In this document: in pieces, positions 6,944 to 16,648 of the stretch
Layout: the number at the start of each line of letters is the position of its first letter
How positions within the stretch are numbered: position 1 is the first letter of the stretch
DNA from: Candidatus Fervidifonticultor sextus
GTDB taxonomy: Bacteria; Sysuimicrobiota; Sysuimicrobiia; Sysuimicrobiales; Humicultoraceae
Reading direction: 5' to 3'
Assembly: GCA_031459875.1 (NCBI GenBank)
Contig: JAVKHQ010000047.1
Location: forward strand, 1 to 17,890
Length of the DNA stretch: 17,890 bases
Notes under the pieces: model-generated
What the model was told of the DNA's origin: nothing
The model's input: only the letters and a program-made list of their open reading frames with translations
The model's database searches: none
Translations under genes and position numbers: made by a program

Positions 6944-7981
6944 ATGAGGAGCCGCGCCCGGTCGGTCCAGATCCTCGCTCGGGTGCGCGCGACGCTGCGC
7001 CGTCACGGGATGCTCTCGGGCGGCGAGCGGGTCGTCGTGGCGACCTCGGGAGGCCCTGACTCCATGGCGCTGCTCCACCTGCTGCGCCGTCTGCGCGACG
7101 AATTGAACCTGCACCTCCATGCCGTCAGCGTCGACCACGGGCTGCACCGCGCCAGCGGCGCCCATGCCGACTTCGTACGTCGGACGGCGGGGGCCTGGGG
7201 GATTCCGGCGTCCGTGGTGCGGGTGAACGTGGAGGCCCACGCGCGCCGTGCCCGCCTGACCGTCGAGGAGGCGGCGCGGGCGTTGCGGTACGCGGTGCTG
7301 GCCCGGGTGGCCAGGCGGATTGGCGCCACGCACATTGCCGTGGCGCACACCGCCGACGACCAGGTGGAGACCGTCCTGCTCTGGCTGCTGCGGGGTGCCG
7401 CCCCCGATGGCCTGGCCGGGATGCCGGCCAAGCGCCCCCACGGCCCGTTCCAGGTGATCCGGCCGATGATCGACCTGTGGCGCAGCGACGTGCTGGCGTA
7501 TCTGGCGGCCGAAGGCGTGCCATACCGCACCGATCCTACCAATCGCCGCCGCCGCCCGCTGCGGAACCGCATCCGCCAGGACTTGCTGCCGCGCCTCCTC
7601 GGGTATAACCCGGGTATCAAGGCCGTTCTCCGGCGCCTGGCCGAGCAGGCGGCCGATGACGCGGCACTGTTGGAGCACCTGGCGGGCGAGGCCGCGGCGG
7701 AGACGCTCCGGCGCGTCGGCGGACGGGTCGCCATCGACGCGGCGCGGTTCCGCTCGTTGCCGGTCAGCCTGCAGCGCCGGGTCGCCCATCGCGCGCTGGT
7801 CGAGGCGGGCGGGAACATCCGCGGGCTCGCCTTCGTCCATGTGGAGCGACTGCGCGAGATGGCCGGCCCGGGGCGGGGGGGCGAACGGGCAGACCTGCCG
7901 GGCGTCCGGGCCGAGCGGACCGCCCGCGAGATCGTGCTGGTGCGCGCACGAGCGCGCGCCAGACGCCGGATGTTACAATAG
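6944..7981 (+). CDS. tilS: tRNA(Ile)-lysidine synthetase, short form (345 aa)
   Basis: PP-loop SGGPDSMALL, VDHGLH, EEAARALRY, AHTADDQVETVL, IRPMI, DPTN, RNRIR. Upstream of ftsH as usual. Start is uncertain because the RBS is weak. Confidence 0.95.
   Translation: MRSRARSVQILARVRATLRRHGMLSGGERVVVATSGGPDSMALLHLLRRLRDELNLHLHAVSVDHGLHRASGAHADFVRRTAGAWGIPASVVRVNVEAHARRARLTVEEAARALRYAVLARVARRIGATHIAVAHTADDQVETVLLWLLRGAAPDGLAGMPAKRPHGPFQVIRPMIDLWRSDVLAYLAAEGVPYRTDPTNRRRRPLRNRIRQDLLPRLLGYNPGIKAVLRRLAEQAADDAALLEHLAGEAAAETLRRVGGRVAIDAARFRSLPVSLQRRVAHRALVEAGGNIRGLAFVHVERLREMAGPGRGGERADLPGVRAERTAREIVLVRARARARRRMLQ
7971..7979 (+). promoter_or_regulatory. Extended -10 element for ftsH inside the tilS 3' end
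   Basis: TGTTACAAT (TGn-TACAAT) is an AT-rich island in GC-rich sequence, about 50 nt before the ftsH ATG. Confidence 0.55.
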
Positions 7982-8031
7982 AGACGCGCCTCCGGCGAAC
8001 GCGACCGGGGGCCTGGCCGAAAGAGAGACCC

Positions 8032-9942
<1,911 letters not shown>

Positions 9943-10056
9943 CGGCCGCCCCCGTCCGTCCTGCGGATCTGTCCGGGGGGGACCGGGAGGACCGCGGGGC
10001 GAGGGTGCGGAGAGAAACTCCTCCTTTGCCCGTGGGTCGCAAGGAGGTGCTCTGAG

Positions 10057-11103
10057 ATGAGAGCGCACGAACTCCCGCTTCCTGAGCACTTCGATCCGGA
10101 AAAGGTCGGGCGCGTCTGGATGGTGGACTACAACACCCTGGCGCGCAGCGCCGCCCGGTGGGCCGACCAGCACCGGATCAGGCCGGCCGCCGAGGACCGC
10201 GTGAAGGTCTGCCTCGTGGCGGTGGACGTGCAGAACACATTCTGTATTCCCGGATTCGAGCTCTACGTGGGAGGGCGGTCCGGGACCGGCGCGGTGGACG
10301 ACAATCGGCGCCTGTGCGAGTTCATCTACCGAAACCTGGCGGCGATCACGCAGATCGTCCTGACGATGGATACCCACCAGGCCATCCAGATCTTTCACAG
10401 CATCTTCCTGGTGAATGACCGCGGTGAGCACCCTGCTCCCTTCACGCTGGTGACCGAAGAGGACATCGCCAGGGGAGTCTGGAGATTCAATCCGGCCGTC
10501 GCCGACAGCCTCCGGATCACCCCCGAATACGGGCAGGCGCACCTGGTCCACTACACGCGTCGCCTGCGGGAGGGGGGGAAGTACGATCTCACCATCTGGC
10601 CCTACCATGCGATGCTCGGCGGGATCGGCCACGCGCTGGTGGCGGCGGTCGAGGAGGCCATCTTCTTCCACACGATTGCCAGGGTCAGTCAGCCCGACAT
10701 CCAGGTGAAGGGGAATTCGCCGCTGACGGAGCACTACTCGGTGCTGGGTCCCGAGGTGGCCACGGGGCCGGACGGGCGGCTGCTCGGCGGCCGGAGCGAC
10801 GCCTTCTACCGGAAGCTCGTGGAGTTCGACGCGGTGATCATCGCCGGCCAGGCAAAGAGTCACTGCGTGGCGTGGACGATCGCCGATCTGTTGGGCGACA
10901 TCCTGCAGCGGGACAGGCGCCTCGCGGAGAAGGTCTACCTGCTCGAGGATTGCACCTCGCCGGTCGTCGTTCCGGGTGTCATTGACTACACGGACGCCGC
11001 CGAGGCAGCCTTCCGACGGTTTGCCGAGGCGGGGATGCATGTGGTGCGGTCGACGGAGCCCATGGCGACGTGGCCCGGACTGGGTCGGCTGGTGGCGATG
11101 TGA
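10057..11103 (+). CDS. Isochorismatase-family cysteine hydrolase, long nicotinamidase (PncA)-like form
   Basis: Catalytic Asp (VDVQNTF), Lys (VKG) and Cys (GQAKSHCV), metal-site motifs MDTH and [24 protein letters not shown]. Confidence 0.85.
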   Translation: MRAHELPLPEHFDPEKVGRVWMVDYNTLARSAARWADQHRIRPAAEDRVKVCLVAVDVQNTFCIPGFELYVGGRSGTGAVDDNRRLCEFIYRNLAAITQIVLTMDTHQAIQIFHSIFLVNDRGEHPAPFTLVTEEDIARGVWRFNPAVADSLRITPEYGQAHLVHYTRRLREGGKYDLTIWPYHAMLGGIGHALVAAVEEAIFFHTIARVSQPDIQVKGNSPLTEHYSVLGPEVATGPDGRLLGGRSDAFYRKLVEFDAVIIAGQAKSHCVAWTIADLLGDILQRDRRLAEKVYLLEDCTSPVVVPGVIDYTDAAEAAFRRFAEAGMHVVRSTEPMATWPGLGRLVAM

Positions 11104-11158
11104 AGGGAGTCTTCCCTCCGGGTGGAATACACATCTGGCTTGTGGACGGAGGTGTAGG

Positions 11159-11641
11159 GTGGCCGGCGCACGGTCCAAAGGGCTCGCCCGGAAGACGGGG
11201 ATGAACCTCAGGCCCGTCCTGATCTACGTCGTCGTCGCCGTCGCGGTGGCCGGGGGGATGTACGCCTGGGACCTGCAGTACCGCCGGGCCGAGGAAGCCC
11301 GGCGGCGGCCGCCCGACCCGGCGGTGATCGCCAAGAACCTCGTGGAGAACATCATCGGGTCGGGCACGGTGAAGGACGTCAGGATCGACCGCGACAGGAA
11401 GGCGGTGGCGGTCACCGTCGAGTCCACCCAATTCAAGCCCGAGGCGCCCAGGCAGAAACTCCGCGAGTTGCTGGAAGCCGAGGCCGTCCTGGCGACCCAG
11501 GCCGTCCTGCAGCAGCTCCGGGAGTACGAGCAGGCGACCGCCACGCTGGTCCACCAGGGGAAGACGATCGCGGTGGGCGCGGCGGCCCGCGGCAGCGAGA
11601 AGATCACCATGACCTACGTGGACGAACGGCTGAAGGAGTAG
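11159..11641 (+). CDS. Membrane-anchored hypothetical protein
   Basis: Part of ORF 10976..11641. GTG 11159 follows GGAGG (11148-11152); ATG 11201 is an alternative. Basic N-terminus, then a single TM VLIYVVVAVAVAGGMYAW. Confidence 0.75.
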   Translation: MAGARSKGLARKTGMNLRPVLIYVVVAVAVAGGMYAWDLQYRRAEEARRRPPDPAVIAKNLVENIIGSGTVKDVRIDRDRKAVAVTVESTQFKPEAPRQKLRELLEAEAVLATQAVLQQLREYEQATATLVHQGKTIAVGAAARGSEKITMTYVDERLKE

Positions 11642-11651
11642 CGGGAGCTGC

Positions 11652-12026
11652 ATGTTCGCCTTGAACTTCTACTCGTCCCTGTTCGCAGACGCACTCCGGC
11701 AGGGCCGCAAGACGGCCACGATCCGGCTGGGGAACAAGCTGGACAAGTATCGAGACGGGCAGATCGTCTGGATCACCGTCGGGCGCCGGTTCGGGACACG
11801 CCGCAAGATCTTCCCGGCCATCATCGACCGCGTGGAGGTCAAGCGACTGGCCGAGGTCACCCCCCGGGAGATCGAGCGCGACAACCCGCAACTGCGGCGG
11901 CACGAAGAGTTGATCGAATTCCTTACCAAGGTCTACGGACGTCCCGTGACCCTCGACAACGAGGTCACCGTCGTGCACTTCTCCCGGATCGAAGAGGGGG
12001 ACGGCTCCCTTCCCGCAGACGTCTGA
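11652..12026 (+). CDS. ASCH domain protein
   Basis: ASCH signature GxKxxTxR (QGRKTATIRLG), PUA-like size of 124 aa, RBS GGGAG. Confidence 0.85.
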   Translation: MFALNFYSSLFADALRQGRKTATIRLGNKLDKYRDGQIVWITVGRRFGTRRKIFPAIIDRVEVKRLAEVTPREIERDNPQLRRHEELIEFLTKVYGRPVTLDNEVTVVHFSRIEEGDGSLPADV

Positions 12027-12050
12027 TCGACTCCTCCGCAGGCCCGGGCG

Positions 12051-12626
12051 TCACTCGAGGAGCAGACAGTCCGGCGGCACGTGCGTCGTGAGGTAGAGGT
12101 CCGGGCCGGCCCGGCGGAATTCGATGCCCCGGTCGGCCGCCCGTCGCGCGAAGACAACCACGACGACGGCGTCGGGGGCGTGACGGCGGCCGACTTCCCG
12201 GGCCGCCTGGGGAGTTGTCGAGAGGTGCACGTGCTGCCGGCCGGTCGGATGCAGGCCGGAGGTGGCCAGGCGCGACACCTCGGCCGGCGTCGTCCCGTAG
12301 TAGAGCCACTCGGGCGGCACGGCGGGCTCCCCGGGCTGCTCCACCGAGACGGTGTGGCCGTACCGGGCGCGGATGCGGCCGTCCTGGATCTCATACCGCC
12401 GGGGATCGGCGGCCGCCAGTGCCACCAGGTCGCTCGTCGAGATCGTCTCCCACCCTGGCTGCTTCGCCAGCGCTCCCGCCAGGACGTCCAGCGACACGAA
12501 GCCAGCCGGGTCCAGACCGATGCCGAACTCCTCGGGCCGGTGCCGCAGGACGCGTGCGACGAGACGGCTGAGGCGGGCCGTCCGCTGGGCCTGGCCGGAT
12601 CCGGATCTGCTGCGTGGCGCTGGCAT
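12051..12626 (-). CDS. kptA: RNA 2'-phosphotransferase KptA/Tpt1 (191 aa)
   Basis: LSRLVARVLRH, LDPAGFV, RRYE...RIRARYGHT, LYYGT, GLHPTGRQHVHLS, VGRRH. ATG 12626 follows AGGTGG. Confidence 0.9.
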   Translation of the reverse strand: MPAPRSRSGSGQAQRTARLSRLVARVLRHRPEEFGIGLDPAGFVSLDVLAGALAKQPGWETISTSDLVALAAADPRRYEIQDGRIRARYGHTVSVEQPGEPAVPPEWLYYGTTPAEVSRLATSGLHPTGRQHVHLSTTPQAAREVGRRHAPDAVVVVVFARRAADRGIEFRRAGPDLYLTTHVPPDCLLLE

Positions 12627-12705
12627 GGGACCACCTATGGGTTGGCCATGCAGTCTAGGAGAACCTGCCGCCACGACGAACCATACTGCTCTGGGAGGAC
12701 GCAGC

Positions 12706-13602
12706 ATGGCAGGGCGCTTGGTGGAGTGCGTGCCCAACATCAGTGAAGGCCGGCGGTCCGACGTGATCGATCAGGTCGCCTCGGCCGTGCGCCAGATTCC
12801 CGGCACCAAACTCCTCAACGTCCAATCGGATGCCAGCCACAACCGGACCGTCATCACCTTTGCCGGAGAGGCCGACGCGGTGGCGCAGGCGGCCGTGGCG
12901 CTGACCCGGCGGGCCGTGGCCCTCATCGACATGAACCAGCACCGGGGGCAGCATCCGCGGCTGGGTGCCGTGGACGTGATCCCCTTCGTCCCGATCGGGC
13001 AGACCACCATGGAGGAGTGCGTGGCGCTGGCGCGGCGGGTGGGCGAAGAGCTGTGGGCGCAGCTCCGGCTCCCGGTCTATTTCTACGCGGAAGCCGCGAC
13101 GGCGCCACACCGCGTGCGGCTCCCGGACATCCGCAAGGGCGAGTACGAGGGCCTGGCCGAGAAGATGAGGCAGCCTGAGTGGGCGCCGGATCTGGGGGAT
13201 CCAACCCCGCATCCGACGGCGGGGGCCGTCGTGGTCGGGGCCCGCCGTCCCCTCATCGCCTACAACATCAACCTCCGCACGACCGACGTGCAGATCGCCC
13301 GGGCCGTGGCCCGGGCGGTGCGGGAGTCCGGCGGCGGGCTCGTCAACGTCCAGGCCATGGGCGTGCTGGCCGAATCCGGGCTGGCGCAGGTGAGCATCAA
13401 CGTGCTGGACGCCGCCCGCACGCCGCTGGCCCGCGTCTTTGATCTGGTGCGCCTGGAGGCGGACCGCCAGGGTGTGGCGGTGGCGGGGAGCGAGATCGTG
13501 GGGCTGGTCCCCCTCGACGCCCTCCTGGACGTGGCCCGGGCCTACCTGCGGATGCCCGCCTTCGACCGCGCCCAGGTTCTGGAAGTGAGGCTGACGGAGT
13601 AG
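12706..13602 (+). CDS. ftcd: Glutamate formimidoyltransferase (298 aa)
   Basis: LVECVPNISEGR, DASHNRTV, HRGQHPRLGAVDVIPFVP, IRKGEYEGL, HPTAGA, GARRPLIAYNINL, SEIVGLVP. ATG 12706 follows GGGAGG. Confidence 0.95.
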   Translation: MAGRLVECVPNISEGRRSDVIDQVASAVRQIPGTKLLNVQSDASHNRTVITFAGEADAVAQAAVALTRRAVALIDMNQHRGQHPRLGAVDVIPFVPIGQTTMEECVALARRVGEELWAQLRLPVYFYAEAATAPHRVRLPDIRKGEYEGLAEKMRQPEWAPDLGDPTPHPTAGAVVVGARRPLIAYNINLRTTDVQIARAVARAVRESGGGLVNVQAMGVLAESGLAQVSINVLDAARTPLARVFDLVRLEADRQGVAVAGSEIVGLVPLDALLDVARAYLRMPAFDRAQVLEVRLTE

Positions 13603-13610
13603 CCCGGTCG

Positions 13611-14870
13611 GTGCTGACGGTTGACCTGCTGGTCGAGCACGCCGCCGAACTGCTCACCCTGGCCGGGGACGGCGACCGGCCCCGGACCGGCGCCGCGCTG
13701 CGCGAGCTGGGCCTGATCCGCGACGGCGCCGTCGCCGCGGCCGACGGCCAGATCGTGGCCTGCGGCCCCACCGACGCGGTCCGGGACCAGGTGCGTCCCG
13801 GGCCGGGAGCGACCGTGATCGACGCCTCAGGCCGCGTGGTGCTCCCGGGCTTCGTCGATCCCCACACGCACCTGGTCTTCGCGGGTTGGCGCGCGCATGA
13901 GTTCGAGATGCGGCTGGAGGGTGCCACCTACCTCGAGATCGCCGCGGCGGGCGGCGGGATCCTCAGCACGGTGGCCGCCACCCGGGCCGCCGACGAGGAC
14001 ACGCTGGTGCGGCTGGGTGCCGCGCGTCTGGATTGGATGCTGGCCTGCGGGACCACCACGGCGGAAGTGAAGAGCGGCTACGGCCTCTCCCTCGAAGACG
14101 AACTGAAGCAGTTGCGCGCCATCCACCGGCTGTCGGCGTCCCATGCCGTGGACCTGGTCCCCACCGTCCTGGCGGCGCACGCGACGCCGCCCGAGTATGC
14201 CGGCGATCCCGATGCCTACGTCTCGCTGGTCATCCGCGAGATCCTGCCGGCTGTAGCCGAGGAAGGCCTGGCCGAGTTCTGCGACGCCTTCTGCGACGTC
14301 GGCGCATTCACGATCGCCCAGGGTCGGGCCGTACTGGAAGCCGGGGCGGAACTCGGCCTCGTCCCCAAACTCCACGCCGACGAGTTCGCCGATACCGGCG
14401 GCGCGCGGCTGGCCGCCGAAGTGGGCGCCATCTCCGCGGATCACCTGCTGCATGCCGCAGACGACGGTCTCGCGGCCATGGCACAGGCCGGCGTCATCGC
14501 GGTGCTGCTGCCAGCCACCGCGTTCTTCCTGGGCCTGCCGTACGCGCCAGCCCGCCGGATCATCGACCTCGGCGTGCCGGTGGCGCTGGCGACCGACTTC
14601 AACCCCGGCACCGCACCCACCTGGTCGATGGCGGCTGTCGTGGCGTTGGCCTGTGCGGGGATGAAATTGACCCCCGCCGAGGCGATCACCGCCGCCACCA
14701 TCAACGCCGCCTGGGCGATCGACCTGGCCGAGGAGGTCGGCAGCCTGGAGCCCGGCAAAGTCGCCGATTTCGTCATCCTCAACATCCCCGACCACCGCGG
14801 CCTGGCCATGCACCTCGGTGCCCCGCTGGTGCACCAGGTCATCAAGCGCGGGCAGCCCGTCGTGGGATGA
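13611..14870 (+). CDS. hutI: Imidazolonepropionase
   Basis: PGFVDPHTHLVFAG, YLEIAAAGGGILSTV, GTTTAEVKSGYGL, KLHADE, SADHL, ALATDFNPGT. Confidence 0.96.
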   Translation: MLTVDLLVEHAAELLTLAGDGDRPRTGAALRELGLIRDGAVAAADGQIVACGPTDAVRDQVRPGPGATVIDASGRVVLPGFVDPHTHLVFAGWRAHEFEMRLEGATYLEIAAAGGGILSTVAATRAADEDTLVRLGAARLDWMLACGTTTAEVKSGYGLSLEDELKQLRAIHRLSASHAVDLVPTVLAAHATPPEYAGDPDAYVSLVIREILPAVAEEGLAEFCDAFCDVGAFTIAQGRAVLEAGAELGLVPKLHADEFADTGGARLAAEVGAISADHLLHAADDGLAAMAQAGVIAVLLPATAFFLGLPYAPARRIIDLGVPVALATDFNPGTAPTWSMAAVVALACAGMKLTPAEAITAATINAAWAIDLAEEVGSLEPGKVADFVILNIPDHRGLAMHLGAPLVHQVIKRGQPVVG

Positions 14871-15649
14871 CGCCGGGGCCGGCCGTGAGTCGTCCCGGCT
14901 CCGGGTGCCGACGGTTCGGGACGCCGATGGTCTGGATCGGCGAGGTCGAATCCACCAACGATGTGGCCCGGTGGATGGCCACCGCCGGCGCGCCCGAAGG
15001 CGCCGTCGTGGTGGCCGAGCGCCAGACGCGCGGCCGCGGTCGGTGGGGCAGGGCGTGGGCGTCCCCGGCCGGCGGCCTGTGGTGCTCGATCCTGCTGCGG
15101 CCGGCCGGGCAGCCAGCGTGGGGGCGCCTGAGCCTGGCCGTCGGGGTGGCTGCCGCCGAGGCGATCGAGGCGGCCACCGGCCTCCCGGTCGGGCTCCTCT
15201 GGCCGAATGACCTCATCGTCGGCGGCCGGAAGGTGGGGGGGGTCCTCATCGAGGGACATGCCGGCGCAGTCGTTGTCGGCGTCGGGATCAACGCCAACGT
15301 GCCGATGGAGCAGTTGCCCCCAGACGTCGCGCCGCACGCCACCTCGCTCCATCTGACGGCTGGTTGCCCCGTGCCGCGCGGCCTCCTTCTGGAGGCCCTG
15401 CTGCGCCGCCTCGAGCACTGGTACCCCATCTGGGCCGAGGGCGGCCCTGACGTGGTGGCGGCCTGGTCCGTCCGCGACGTCGCGCGCGGGCAGCGGGTGA
15501 CCGTCAGCGGCCCGGGAGGACCTTTCGAGGGGATCGCCGAGGGCGTCGACGGCGACGGCGCCCTCCGCCTGCGGGTGACCGATGACGAGGTCCGGCGCAT
15601 CGTGGCGGGCGACCTGCTACCTGCGCAGGAGCCATCGGGCGCGCCGTAG
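14867..15649 (+). CDS. birA: Biotin--protein ligase without N-terminal HTH (260 aa)
   Basis: STND, AERQTRGRGRWGRAWASP, WPND, RKVGGVLIE, GVGIN, GVDGDGAL. The ATG overlaps the hutI stop (ATGA, 14867-14870). Confidence 0.9.
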   Translation: MTPGPAVSRPGSGCRRFGTPMVWIGEVESTNDVARWMATAGAPEGAVVVAERQTRGRGRWGRAWASPAGGLWCSILLRPAGQPAWGRLSLAVGVAAAEAIEAATGLPVGLLWPNDLIVGGRKVGGVLIEGHAGAVVVGVGINANVPMEQLPPDVAPHATSLHLTAGCPVPRGLLLEALLRRLEHWYPIWAEGGPDVVAAWSVRDVARGQRVTVSGPGGPFEGIAEGVDGDGALRLRVTDDEVRRIVAGDLLPAQEPSGAP

Positions 15650-15685
15650 CAGGAGCGGCCCAGAGCGCGTCAAAGGACGCCGGCT

Positions 15686-16648
15686 GTGGACCGACCGCGC
15701 CATGTGGTGAGCATCAGCCTGGGCTCCAGCGCCCGCGACAAACGGGTGGAGACCGAACTGCTCGGTCAGCGCATCATCATCGAGCGCATTGGCACCGACG
15801 GTGACTACCAGCGCTTCTGCCGCCGCCTCCGCGAGGTTGACGGCCGGGTGGACGCCATCGGCATCGGGGGGATCAACCTCACCCTGGCCGCCGGCCGGCG
15901 CCGGTATTACATCCGCGATGCCGTGCGGGCCACCTCCGGCCTGCGGACGCCCGTCGTGGACGGCAGCGGGGTCAAGGAGGGGTGGGAGCGACACGTCATC
16001 CTCCACGTCCTCCCGCGCGAGATGGGCACACCCCTGCGGGGGCGGCGGGTCCTGCTGACGTCGTCGGTGGACCGGTTCGGGATGGCCGAGGCCTTTGTCG
16101 AGGGTGGGGCCGATGTGGTCTTTGGCGACCTCATGTTCGCCCTGGGGATTCCCGTCGGCCTCCGGGGGCTGATCACGGTCAAAGTCCTGGGAGCCCTGCT
16201 GCTGCCCGTCTTCACGCGCCTGCCGTTTTCCTGGCTCTACCCCACGGGCGAGCGGCAGGCGCAGATCACGCCGAGGTTCGGCCGCGCCTACGGCTGGGCC
16301 GAGGTGATCGCGGGGGACTTCCACTTCATCCGGCGGCACCTGCCGGATGATCTGTCGGGGAAGACGATTCTGACCAACACCATTACACCAGAGGACCTGG
16401 CGCTGCTCCGGCAGCGTCGGCTCTCCCTGCTCCTCACCACGACGCCGGAGATGGACGGGCGGTCGTTTGCCACCAACGTCCTGCAGGCGGCCCTGGTCGC
16501 CCTCTCCGGTCGGTCTCCTGCGGACCTCACGCCGGCGGACTATCTGGACCTGATGCGCCGCGCCGGGTTTGCGCCGCGGGTCGAGCGGCTGGCGCCTCCG
16601 CCGGGTGCGCGGGAGCAGGAATTCCCTAAGGATGAGCTGAACGGCTGA
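15686..16648 (+). CDS. Conserved uncharacterised protein (family often auto-labelled 'quinate 5-dehydrogenase'); C-terminus replaced by IS sequence
   Basis: Motifs HVVSISLGSSARD, IERIGTDGD, TPVVDGSGVK, SVDRFGMA, FGDLMFALG, LYPTGE, GKTILTNT, GRSFATNV. The family label is recalled and does not establish function. The last 9 codons and the stop lie inside the IS. Confidence 0.75.
   Translation: MDRPRHVVSISLGSSARDKRVETELLGQRIIIERIGTDGDYQRFCRRLREVDGRVDAIGIGGINLTLAAGRRRYYIRDAVRATSGLRTPVVDGSGVKEGWERHVILHVLPREMGTPLRGRRVLLTSSVDRFGMAEAFVEGGADVVFGDLMFALGIPVGLRGLITVKVLGALLLPVFTRLPFSWLYPTGERQAQITPRFGRAYGWAEVIAGDFHFIRRHLPDDLSGKTILTNTITPEDLALLRQRRLSLLLTTTPEMDGRSFATNVLQAALVALSGRSPADLTPADYLDLMRRAGFAPRVERLAPPPGAREQEFPKDELNG
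16607..16615. repeat. Left 9-bp target-site duplication GCGCGGGAG
   Basis: Identical to 17753-17761 and abuts the left IR. Confidence 0.9.

Noticed and set aside
6934..6944. GGGATTCCGCA matches 11 nt of the IS right inverted repeat
   Set aside because: It lacks the exact terminal CAG, has no partner end or target duplication, and overlaps the tilS start. Chance is sufficient.
14033..14866. 538-aa ORF implying a large N-terminal domain on BirA
   Set aside because: The upstream part is an off-frame overlap with hutI. The ATGA overlap at 14867 is the natural start.
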